34,923 bases of DNA from Seison nebaliae (Eukaryota): assembly GCA_023231475.1 (NCBI GenBank), contig JALJEE010000850.1, positions 1-34,923 on the forward strand. Direction: 5' to 3'. Positions 23,303 through 34,830 of this stretch are shown piece after piece. A model generated the notes under the pieces. That model had not been told where the DNA came from. It made no database searches and worked only from the letters and a program-made list of their open reading frames with translations. Position 1 is the first letter of the stretch. Each line of letters starts with the position of its first letter. The translations under genes were made by a program, and so were the position numbers.

Positions 23303-23626
23303 TCACTCTTTCTTCTCTCGAAACGGATCGACCCAATGCTCCAAACCTAAACGAATTGAATGAGAGACAATCTAAATGGAAATATACCTGAATGATCTTC
23401 TACCTTTCTCATTTGATGTCTATTTGATCTTTGTTGTTCACCTTATATTTCATTATTCGTTAAAATTAGTTTAAATTACGAAATTAAATTAAATGAAACG
23501 ATATTTATCCTGATTCAAATATGGATAGAAGCCAACAGCGTAAAGTGCTAAGCCCACCATCGACACAACTAAACCGACACCAATTGAGCCAGAATAACCA
23601 TCTTTTCGTTTAAGTCGGCGAAACAT
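23303..23626 (-). CDS. SMIM20: Small integral membrane protein 20 (MITRAC7/phoenixin precursor family), 74 aa, 3 exons (23626-23500, 23441-23388, 23346-23303)
   Basis: Spliced product MFRRLKRKDGYSGSIGVGLVVSMVGLALYAVGFYPYLNQDKYREQQRSNRHQMRKVEDHSGLEHWVDPFREKKE has one TM helix, a Y..Q..NR motif and the C-terminal GLxxWxDPF signature. Introns 23442-23499 (GTTTCA..AAG) and 23347-23387 (GTATAT..TAG). Confidence 0.88.
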
Positions 23627-24573
23627 TATCTCAAATGATCACGAGTTTATTTCGGAAAAGAAGTAAGCTATTGATTTAATTTAACATTTGCACTCAAAAA
23701 ATTCCGCGATAAATAATTCGAAACACAACAAAATAATCAACATTCAATCAAAGTTAACCAATAAATTTGTTAAATTCTTAAATTGAATACAATTACGTAG
23801 ATGATATTATCGTAAACTAAAATTATCAATGAAAATAAAATTGTATTTTTCAGTTACTCGTAAATAAGAAGGAGCAATTTGTAAACTAAAGTTTTGTTTG
23901 TTTGAAACATTCGGAATAATGAACATTATCACTTTCGATTTCTAGCTCAATCATGGGAATGGGAAAATTGTAAAAAAATTGTAGAAACAAATGTCAGATA
24001 GTTCGGAAAAAAGTTAGTATTTTTTACTTTCGTTCTTGGTCGGTACTTTCGGTAAGACTTCAAAATAAACATCTCATCGATTGCATGAGAATCATCGTTT
24101 ATTACATAAGCACATCATAATCCTCGTCGTTAGTGGAAGTGCGAGAGATATTTTGAAATAGGAAGCTTCAATTATTCAAAAAGATTCGTTGAAAAATGGA
24201 AAAATAGAGTTTTTTGCTTTCACCTTCCATCTTCATTTCTCCTTATTCCTCATTTGTATTTTTAGTTAACACAACTATTTCAAAAGATTAAGTATTGGAA
24301 AACAATTTTACATTTTTCCACATTCCTCCTCTTTTTTATATAACTTATCGAATTGTTTATTTGACATAGAAATTAATTGTTTTCAAAAGAGTTTTCTTTA
24401 AATATTTTCATTTCATTAAACTTTTGAAATAAGAATTTAATCGAAATAATTTGTTTTTTTTGAATTTTTCTGCGTGGTAAGATCCAATTTTATGGAGAAA
24501 GAAGAAGAGTGCGACACATACGGTGAAAAGAATCAATAAAATAAATTACATAAAACGTGGAAACGACTTGACG

Positions 24574-27500
24574 ATGAGTGATGAACACTCAACAATGAAC
24601 TTGGAAGATAGTAACATGTCGCCCAATCTTATTCAGTCACCAACATCGAAATTCAATCCCGAATTGGACATTGTCGATTTACCGAGTGATGAAGTGAAAG
24701 TAATTGATGAGGAGTTGGGATTGGGAGAAATTGATTTCTACGTAGATAATTTTGTTGATCGAATGAAACAAGAGAATGATCGTCTCTATTCTCATTCCAT
24801 TACTCTCAGAACGTTACCGTGGAGATTATTATTTATGCCACGAGCCAGTGTTAAACGACATCCCACAATTGGCGTTTTCATCGAAGTGAAACCACCACCT
24901 TCAATCAATATCTGGTATGTGGTCGGGAAAGTGACGATAGTTTTAGTGAATCATGATGATGAAACGATGAATGTTTCAAAAGAACTCCATCACAACTTTT
25001 CCAATAAGGAGACAGATTGGGGATTTCAAGAGTTTCATCCACTCGAAATAGTGTTAGATGAGAAAGCCGGTTTCCTCAAAAATGATGGTATTCATTTCCG
25101 AGCACATGTTGCTGCTGATGCACCATTTGGATGTCCATGGAATTCACGTGATATAACTGGTTATGTTGGAATAAAGAATCAAGGAGCAACATGTTATATG
25201 AACTCGTTATTACAATCATTATTTAATATAAATTCATTAAGACAATCGATATATCGATTACCAACTCATGTGGAAGAGACGGAGAAGAGTGTCATCTATG
25301 CTATTCAACGATTATTCTTCGATTTAGAACATTCGACTGAAGCTGTCGATACGAAACGATTAACTTCGTCTTTCGGTTGGGAGACAATGGATTCATTATT
25401 ACAACATGACGTACAGGAATTGAGTCGTATTCTAATGGATAAAATGGAAATGAAAATGAGAAATACTCCAGAAGAGTCTGTAATTCCTGATTTGTTTCGT
25501 GGTGAATTGAAGAGTTTTGTCCGTTGTCTAAATGTTGATTATATTTCATCGAAGAATGAATGTTTTTATGATATTCAATTAAATGTCCGTTTAAATAATG
25601 TTGCACCAATGAGGAATGAAGATCCAAAGAATATTTATGATGCATTCAATGAATATTGTAAATTGAGCATGTTAACTGGAGATAATAAATATTTCGCTGG
25701 TGACGAACATGGATTGCAAGATGCTGAACGAGGTGTCAAATTTGTCAGTTTTCCACCAGTTCTCCATTTGCATTTAATGAGATTTACATTCGATGGTGAG
25801 ACGGGCGCCTACGTGAAAATTAATGACAAATTCGTTTTCTTGAAACAAATCGATTTGAGTCGATATCTGGTCGATCCACCATCATCCAATGATTTGCCTA
25901 TATATCGATTACAAGCAGTTCTCGTGCATTCTGGTGACAATTTCTCCGGTCATTACACAGCTTATATGGATCCGAAATTGAATGACAAATGGTATAAGTT
26001 TGATGATGAAATCGTTTCAAGAGTTTCTGAAACGAAAGCCATCGATCAGAATTATGGATCGATGGAAGATGTCAATTGTCGTGTGAGTACGAATGCGTAC
26101 ATGTTGATTTATATTCGAGAATCACATATCAGTCAAATATTCAAAACGAACGAAATACCGAAGCGATTAGTGGAGAAAATACGACGAGACGAAATATCAG
26201 AAACGTTCAAAATTAAGTCAGAATTCGATTTGAATCATCGATGGAAGACGTTGTTAGTATGGACGAACGACGATTTTTATGGTCATCAAGAACACGATTT
26301 ATTCAATGGTAAAACTCATCGAAATTCGAAATATATAAAATATAATGATAGTGAAAGTCATGAGGAAATCATGGAACGATTGAGGAAATTGTTGAGTAAT
26401 TATTGGAGTGAACTTCGTATATGGAAGATTGCCATGAGGAATAATGATACGAAGAGATTAATAGAAATTGCTACGGATCTCAAATCATTGAAAGCGACCG
26501 AAATATTTGTTGAAGTGGCTAATAGTTCACTGATTTATAAAGATGTAGATATGATGATCGAGGAGGAAAATGTTCATGAGAAGAAATTAGTTCCATTACC
26601 AGAATTCGATGATAATCTACAAACATTAATCTTCTTCAAATTTTATGATCCTTTAATGGAAAGATTGATTTATCTCGGATATCTCATCTGTTTGAAAAGT
26701 GAACCATTAAAGAAAATTATTCCGATTCTTTTGGAAAGAAGTTTCATCGATCTCCCACAAAATGATGATGATGTGATGGCTTTTGAAGAGATTACTCCTC
26801 ATACGATCGAAGGAAGAAATGTTGAGAATCCGATTGAGGACAGTATTCGGGAATTGACAAGTGGTGATATTATTCTCCTTCAATTTCATCCAGATAAATT
26901 GAATATAACTAATTATTTTACTTTTAAGAAGGATATTAAAGAACATTTCTCTGATGAACTTCTAGATAATTATCCTTATCCTCATATGAAATCATCAGAT
27001 GATATCAAAATGGAAAATTTCAAATCTGCCACCAAATCGATAGACCATCAAAATCGACTGAACTCATCAACTTCATCCTCATCTTTCGTTACTGCCATGA
27101 CAACACCCAACAATTTGAGGAAGATGTTTGTCATGGATTATTTTACGGAGAAACCACATTATCAAGATTTATTATTCTATGAATATGATAATACAAAAGA
27201 TCTACAATTCCGAATTAAATTTGATACGTTAAGATCATTTCGCGAATTGTATAAACTCATTAGCAAAGCTGTCAAATGGCCAATGGAACAACTTTATATC
27301 TATAAATTTAAAGACGGACGATTTATTATTTTAAAAAATTCACTAACTGTTCCTTATGGTGATCTAATTCTCAGTCCAATGGTCTCCTTTCATTTTTGTA
27401 AAGTTTTAATTTTTTCACATTTTTTTTCATTCAAATTTTTTTATTATTAAGTTGGGAATTAATGTTCAAGAAAGTCCAATAAATGAAGCTGTCAGATTTC

Positions 27501-28520
27501 AATGTCTTCTGTTCAATGGACGTGGTTACAATGGATCGAAAGAGGCGAAGCAGTTGCAACAACTTCAATATCCTCTTATCAAACCGGAATTATTAGAGAT
27601 GGCTATCGATAAACTACCAAATTCATATGCTCAAATAAAGAAGAATAATTTATATTACTTCAAAAATCATCGGTTAGAACACGATATTACGGAACAGATC
27701 GACAATATTTTCAATTTTCCTAAATGGTATGGAACGAGACATTGGAGGTCTTCTTTCTTTTCTACTTTCAACTTATCTCATATTGTATAATTTACTTTTC
27801 AGAATTTGTGTAATAAACACACAACAGAATTTCATTAGAGCCGTATTGAAAAAAGGAAAAGCTTATGAAGAATTATTTAATTTTCAAGTGAAGAGTTCAT
27901 TGGATTATCGAGTTGAGGAAGTGCCATTCGATCAATTAACTGTACCATCCTCATCAGTCTTGGCACAACTCTCACTTCATTGCGCAGTTTATTAAGGAGA
28001 TTATTAATTAAGTGAAATAATTTTTATTAAAATTTCCTTTCGAAATTTTTTAGGAAGATCGTTCAAATTTGAATTTTTCAATACTATTTAAAATAAATAA
28101 GGTTAATCTCCTTTTCTAATCGATCATTGATTTCTCATTTCGAAACAGGATGATAATTGGAAGAGTGTCAAAGAAAGAATAAAGATTTTGTTATGTCTCG
28201 ATCAAGCTTATTTCAATCGGGTTCATTTCCTTTCAATCAACCAATATTTTCATTTAATTTAAATTCAGTGTAAATTGTATGAAATAGAAAATGGAAGTAA
28301 ATCATTAGTGAAAGAGGATAAACAGATCCTATTAACTAAATATAAACCGATCGTAGAAGGTCTGGATTCTTATGAATTATATGGTTATTCTTATTTCATT
28401 AATGTTTAAATGAAGTTCATTTATTTTGTAGAGAAATCCGCTTTCCTCAGATTAGAATTTCCGATGCAGGACACCAGCAGATTTGATGCTACAACTGGAG
28501 GACTGCACATCTACAATTGA
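24574..28520 (+). CDS. USP7: Ubiquitin carboxyl-terminal hydrolase 7 (MATH + USP + Ubl region), ~1210 aa, 7 exons
   Basis: MATH domain with DWGF, Cys box GIKNQGATCYMNSLLQ, QHDVQEL, His box VLVHSGDNFSGHY..WYKFDD, TNAYMLIYIR and C-terminal LHIYN. Introns 27403-27451, 27748-27802, 27987-28053, 28102-28148, 28221-28268 and 28384-28431 keep the frame. Confidence 0.95.
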
Positions 28521-28976
28521 TTAATCAACTATAAATTCCAATTTATTCATGGCATTAAATTAATTTTTCACTCGAGACTATTTATTCATTTTTAGTTGAT
28601 CTACTTACGTTCGTTCAGTTCATGGAACTGCTGATCTTCTATTTTTCGGTATATTGGAATTTTTATTTAATCTATTTTATTATTAGAAGAAATTTTATAA
28701 GAATGCATCTTTTCATCTGGAAACCTTACCTGTCATTTATCAGGCTATTCTCATTTTCTTTGACATTATTTAATAAAACTATTTATTTTCATTAAATCTC
28801 AATATCAATTTTTATTAGGAGATTAAAGTTCATTCTCACAGTTCCTTATTATCAATTTAAATATTTAGATATAATACAAATTTTTTAAATAATGAACTAC
28901 ATTATCAGTAAGTTGGTGAATTCTTTGACATACGTCCTTCCATAAATATTGAGCTTCGGGAAATAAATGAAGAGAA

Positions 28977-31110
28977 ATGGTTTTATGTTTGCATAATTTG
29001 GTTTTTGTGATATGTTCTGACGATTTTGGTATTGATCAATTAAACATTAAGATTGAAGATGAAAATAGTTTTAATTTTGAAGTTTTCTCTTCCAAAATTC
29101 ATTCTCAAATTCAGTAGTTCAATTAAACGCTTTATCGAATAAATCAGAAGTTTTCATATTTTTAAATTATATTATAAATATCAGTCAATTAAATTCATCG
29201 GATTTTAGGTGATATTATTCGATTTCCGAAGTATTTCTCATATACTCAAAGTTTTCGATGACCAAATAGAATTAATATTTCTCGAGAAAAATTCAATAAA
29301 ACAAAAATGGAGATTATCTGATCGACTTCTCTATTTATTGCTTTCAAACAAATCAGAGACTTGTGAGTCACCGAATGATGACGAAAAAGTTCTCTAAATT
29401 TTTATGTGTATTTTCAATTAATTTTTCAGGTAGTTTCACAGATTCATCTGGCTATTACTTATCGAAAGAAGATAGTTACTATTTCGATGAATGAATATGA
29501 GAATTTACTTCACAAATTTTGTAGTACAATTAAATGTAATTCGACGATCACAGATGTCGTGAATGATCTAATCGATAAAGTTGTAACAGAAGTTTCTGAA
29601 GAAGAAAAGTTTTCATTCCATTTTAATTCTTATGAATTTTCTCCTAGAATGAAAAGGCAAATTGTTCAGTATCAAAAGAAAAATGAAGTTTTCTTTTTTT
29701 TTTTGAAATATTATCAATATTTTCTTAGAATTTCGATAATTATCAGAGGAAAATTCGATTTAACCGAAATAGAATAGAAGAATTGTCAGAATTGTTTAAG
29801 AAGTTGAATAAGGAGATACAAAAGAAAGAAAGTTCGATAAGAAAATTGAAAATGATGAAAGAACAATCAAGTTCCCCTTCACATGATATTTTTTTTCCAG
29901 TTTCATTAATATATTTAACTATCAGAAAGGATATCATACAAATCATTTAAATCGATTAATGTCATTAACAAAAATTTAGATAAACATGAAATTTATATGA
30001 AACAAATGAAGTTTGAGATATCAATTCTCATTTTAAGAATCAATATCTGAAGTTATACTACTGATTTATTTCTAGCTATGATACATTTGAGAAGGCAAGA
30101 AATGTTAACAGCTTACTCGTTATTCGTCATACCAGTACAAAATGTTGGATTGAAGGACTACATTGCGAATTATTATAAGACATTTGGTGATAAACGAATG
30201 AATCGATTACAATCCAGATTTCTTTCTCCTGTATTTGGAGTTTATTATTTAAATTTTCTTTTTTTTCTGTCAAACTCTCTAATAGCCGAATGATCGTTAT
30301 AAATTACTTGATGGTTTAATTCTGACAACAACAGTTCCATTTTATGAATTGAACAACAAGATTCAAGTGTTCGATATGATTAAAGAGAAGGTGGTTGAAG
30401 AGGATGAATATGGGAAATATTTAAGGAAGGATTCACTTCGAATTCTAACGATAAAAAACTATCATATAAATAATCATTTGAATGAGATGACAGAAGAATT
30501 TCGAAGTCAAACGACTTACATCGTTCTTCATTTCCTCATAACGATTTCTCATATTCTCCGAATACCGTTAAGATATGAGATTCGGAAGAATTCGAATGAC
30601 ATTAATCTCAACGATTCTTTCACTCTAGTTAACACGGGAAGTATTTGGACGTCATTTCTTTGGTCTCAAAATGTTAATCAGATTGGCGTTAATACCACTA
30701 ACATTCTGTCGATTGGGAAAGATAATTTGACGAAGAATGGCATCGATCAAATGGCAATAAAATATGTTAATGATTCCATCGTCTCACAACAATTCGATTA
30801 TTCTTCTCAACATTTCTGCAATAAATGGAAATTGTTTATCATTTTCTAATTTTAATTTTCCAATTCAAATTTAATCATTTCAAGTCTTTCAATTAAAGAA
30901 GATGGAAATTTTGATGAAGCTGCATTCACATTCAAATGGAAATTAATTGAAAGTAATTTAGGTCAATTGCTAAATAGTTTCGGACTAAAATATGAACGAA
31001 TTCAATGCGATAACATTTATTCTTCTGTTCTACTTAACTTGTTACAATGTTACAGAAATTTAATTTGTTTACGACGCAATTGGAATAAGAATGAGTTTAT
31101 CTTTCAATAA
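28977..31110 (+). CDS. Divergent UVRAG/Vps38-like (ATG14/UVRAG family) PI3K complex subunit, ~583 aa, 9 exons
   Basis: A coiled coil followed by IHLRRQEML..VIPV, YIVLHFLITISHILRIPLRYEI and KWKLIESNLGQLLNSFGL..VLLNL resembles UVRAG motifs. Introns 29068-29114, 29150-29208, 29389-29429, 29688-29728, 29871-29925, 30011-30052, 30240-30285 and 30834-30884 give one open frame. The start codon is uncertain. Confidence 0.65.
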
Positions 31111-31419
31111 ATTGTTCAATTCATCATCCACTTAATATTTCAGGAAATTTATATATAATCGTTCTAATGAAAAAGAAGCAAGAGTAAAAGGAAATGATTC
31201 CCAATAAATTCGTTCACTGGATTTTTTTCATCGTGTGAAAATTAATAAAATTTTAAATTTTCTGTCTAATTTTGTCTTTTTTCGATAATTTTAACCGATT
31301 TTAAAATTAACATTAAACACAACTTTTCTCATTTCTTTGTTACGTTAGAAGATTTTAGATTTAGATCGACCAAAATTTTATTTCAAATAATTCAAAAGAA
31401 GAATCGTTTGGGAAAGGAA

Positions 31420-32955
31420 ATGAATTTGTTTCGTCAGACAATTTTCAAGAATATCGAAAAAATTGAGAATATTTTAAAAGAGAAAGAATATCTCAACATC
31501 CTTGCCATTGAATCAAGTTATGATGATTCTGCTATTGCTGCATTGAAAGTGAATAGAAAGGATAGTATAATTATTTCTCACCATAAACTGAACCAAAGTA
31601 AAATTCATACAAAGTTATTGAATTGTCTGATTCTTTTTTGAATAATTTGTCTATTGAATAGGAGAGGAGGAGTGATAGCAAATACAGCTGTTGAATTTCA
31701 TAGAAAACATTTGCATGAAATTTTCTCGAAAGAATATAAGGAATTCGAACCAGATATCATTGGAGTAACTAATCGACCTGGTTTGGATCCATGTTTATGG
31801 GAAGGCATTCGATTTGGTCTAAATTTATGTAAAGAAATGAACAATTTCTTTATGCCAATTCATCATATGGAAAGTCATTTACTTTTACCAATGCTGCTTA
31901 ATAAGAAGTGTGTAATTTTATTTTTATCTTATATTAATTTTTAGTGAAGTATTAAATTTCCTTTTCTCTCTTATTTAATTAGTGGTGGCCATTGTATGAT
32001 AGTTTGGTGTGAAGATATTAATAATTATTCAATTCTTGGAACCACAACAGATATTTCACCTGGTGTTTGTTTGGATAAGATTTGTAGGAGAGTATTATCC
32101 CAAGTAAAAGTGAAAGGTAATTGGAGATTCAATGGAAATAAGTCATTTGGAGAATTATTAGAATTTATTGCGAGTCATAATGTGGTAGAAGAGAATATCG
32201 GAATAAAATTATCAGATAAGGGAGATTTCGATTTTCAATTTTCGGGAGTTCTGAGACAATTTGAAGATCTGATCGATTCTTATAAAACGTTAACATCAAT
32301 TGACGCGGAATTGATTTGTTTTAAGGCACAAGAGATTATCGCGAAATATTTACAAATGAAATTATGTAGATCATTAGAATTCATTCGATATAAGAATAAT
32401 TACCGCAATAATCTTCAATATTCAATAGTTTTTCTCTTAAATTTCCCCAACGAAATATTCTTTCTTCTAGTTAATGGGCGGGGGAGTAACTGCAAATAAA
32501 TTAATTCGTGAAAAATTATTGGATGTAGCGAAATATTACGAAGTCGAACTGAATACAGTACCAATCGAATATTGTACAGATAATGCATTAATGATTGCTT
32601 GGTTAATATTTATGTGGATAATGCACATAAATCATATTCTATTCTTTTAAGGACAACATGGAAACAAATTGAATATTTGATGGATAATAAGAAGAATTTG
32701 GAAGGAATTTTAGATAATGAAACTGTCAGTTTCACTGTTCCAATTCATTCAGAAGATATTAGTCATACCAATGAAAAAGAAATCTTTGTTCATCGAAAAG
32801 CTAAACATCGTTTTAGTGAATTAACGGAAACAGTTTCTCACAGAATTTTGGGCATGTTATCTGCTAACCCCAAATGTCAACTGGGTAGGCGGATGAATCA
32901 AAGTGACATGAATTTAAGTTTAAGAATTCCTAAAATTTTTCGAATAAAAGGATAA
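31420..32955 (+). CDS. OSGEPL1: Mitochondrial-type tRNA N6-adenosine threonylcarbamoyltransferase (Qri7/OSGEPL1, TsaD family), ~450 aa, 5 exons
   Basis: ILAIESSYDDSAIA, GGVI, GVTNRPGL, metal-binding PIHHMESH, FPFLSYLISGGHC, DISPGVCLDKICR, FQFSG, GGGVTAN and YCTDNALMIAW. Introns 31614-31661, 31908-31949, 32428-32470 and 32602-32651. The true start may lie further upstream. Confidence 0.92.
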
Positions 32956-33512
32956 AACCATCCGCAATAATGAGCAACATCTCAATTTATATACATTTAC
33001 TCGCCTAATTTATCAACTTTGTTTAGAAAATTTTAAATAAGAAGAAAATGCAGAATAACTAATCTATGGACAAACGTCCGGAAAATTGCAGAAGTCTTTT
33101 AAGTTTAAAAGGTGTTATAAGATGTGTCTACCTAATACCTAATACCTAGCCTATTCATTATACCTTAGTCAACAATAATATTCATAATTCAAGTAAAGTA
33201 GGAAATTAATCGGTAAAATTATTATAAGGTGAGCGTGATTCACCTACGAATGTCCACACACACTATTTGGAGGATATTAAAAAAAGAAATCTTACATCTT
33301 CTTAGTACTTTCATTTAGACTGAATGTCCATTAATTTTATTAAAATCCAACTTATCAGATTGTGTGGATCAGTCTAATTATTAGAAAGCATGAAATGAAT
33401 GGTATATTGAAGTCATTAATTTGTATTACATAAAAGTATAAAAAAATTCGTAGAGAAAAGAAAATCAGGGAAATAAATTATACTGTTAATTCATTTTTCT
33501 TATGAAGTTTTA

Positions 33513-34427
33513 ATGGAAGAATATATGACAGTCAGAAGATTGAGTAAATTTAGTGATCTCTATTTCTTTCCTTTTACGGGATTATTTTTAAGTATAATCA
33601 ACATCATAACCATAATTATTATTAAGGTAGCAAAGTTATACGGGGATAATATTTACAAATATGCCATCATCATTTGCATATCTGACTGCTCATTTCTCCT
33701 AACGTATTTCAACGCTTTGCTAATGATTTATATTCCGAAAAGGTCTTATCATTTCGTCTGCTACTTATTCATAGTACTGCGGATATTCTCATCCACTGTC
33801 CATTATATGACATATATTGCGATGTGTTTATATCGTACAATTATCATTCTAAATCAATTGAATAAATGTTTAATAATAAAACGTTTGGTTCAAATGAAAT
33901 TTAAGAAGCAAATGCTTATCATACTTTTGTGTTCTGTGCTGTGCGTAATACCTCTCGCTACAAATGTCTATCCGATACCTCGATACAATTATAATGTTTG
34001 TTGGGTGGATAAGTTATTTTGGGGATTTCTTATCGTCTTTGGAATAATTTATATGGTCTTCAATATTATCTGTGGAGTACTATCCATCATTTATATGATT
34101 AATATGAGAAATCGAGTGAATTCAATGAGTTCAACACCATCTGGATGTTGGGGACCGAATAATGCTAATCGACGACTAGGTCGTGCAACAGTTTTAATAT
34201 TCGTTCACACTACAATACAAGTGAGTTTCTTTCTAATATTTGTAGCTGTTAAATTAACCAGACCAACAAACAAAAAATTATCAATATTTTGGGAATCTTT
34301 AAACTTTGTGGGTCAATTTTTATTCACAGCCAATTATGGTTTAACATTCTTTTTGATGTTAAATACCAAGAAGTTTCAGTTGAATTTTAAGAAATGCTGC
34401 AAAATGTTGTTCTGTTCAAATCGCTAA
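33513..34427 (+). CDS. Divergent orphan rhodopsin-like 7TM receptor, 304 aa, intronless
   Basis: Seven hydrophobic segments, TM1 LSIINII, TM2 ICISD, Cys near TM3 and in ECL2, a DRY position reading YRT, and TM7/helix 8 NYGLTFFLMLNTKKFQ followed by KKCC. Confidence 0.75.
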   Translation: MEEYMTVRRLSKFSDLYFFPFTGLFLSIINIITIIIIKVAKLYGDNIYKYAIIICISDCSFLLTYFNALLMIYIPKRSYHFVCYLFIVLRIFSSTVHYMTYIAMCLYRTIIILNQLNKCLIIKRLVQMKFKKQMLIILLCSVLCVIPLATNVYPIPRYNYNVCWVDKLFWGFLIVFGIIYMVFNIICGVLSIIYMINMRNRVNSMSSTPSGCWGPNNANRRLGRATVLIFVHTTIQVSFFLIFVAVKLTRPTNKKLSIFWESLNFVGQFLFTANYGLTFFLMLNTKKFQLNFKKCCKMLFCSNR

Positions 34428-34830
34428 TTCCGATCAGCAAAATATTAATATTATTTAATTTTTCGTAATATATTTCGTCAATTTTATTCGACTTACTTTT
34501 ATAGAACTATTAAAATTTATATCTTTTGACCAAATTCCCGTTAACGGTGAAATCCCACGATTGTAATAAAATGGATTACGTATTAAACTTAACTCTAATT
34601 TTAATAATTTAACTGAATGTTCAAAATGAGGGATAATTTGAGGTTTTTAATACGAACCAGTATTTAAATATGAGTGCCTTGAATAAATGAGAGTGAAAGT
34701 AAATGAACTTGTTTTTAAAATAAATAGTTTAAATATTTCCTTAATCAATTTTGCTATTAAAAAAATCATATTAAACGGGCGGGTTCCAGAAAGGAGTTAA
34801 CTTTAAGTAGTAGTTAACCCATACTCATCG

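Noticed and set aside
7340..26946. Antisense ORFs such as 7340-7861, 9649-9969, 21179-21577, 22439-22858 and 25301-25645
   Set aside because: They are shadows of well-supported genes on the opposite strand and have no recognisable domains.
1633..32651. U12-type (minor) introns as an explanation for the odd donors
   Set aside because: None of the 35 introns has the RTATCCT donor or AT-AC termini.
917..32955. Alternative genetic code or widespread pseudogenisation suggested by fragmented ORFs
   Set aside because: Every in-frame stop or frameshift falls inside a short GT-AG intron, and the spliced models are open and divisible by three under the standard code.
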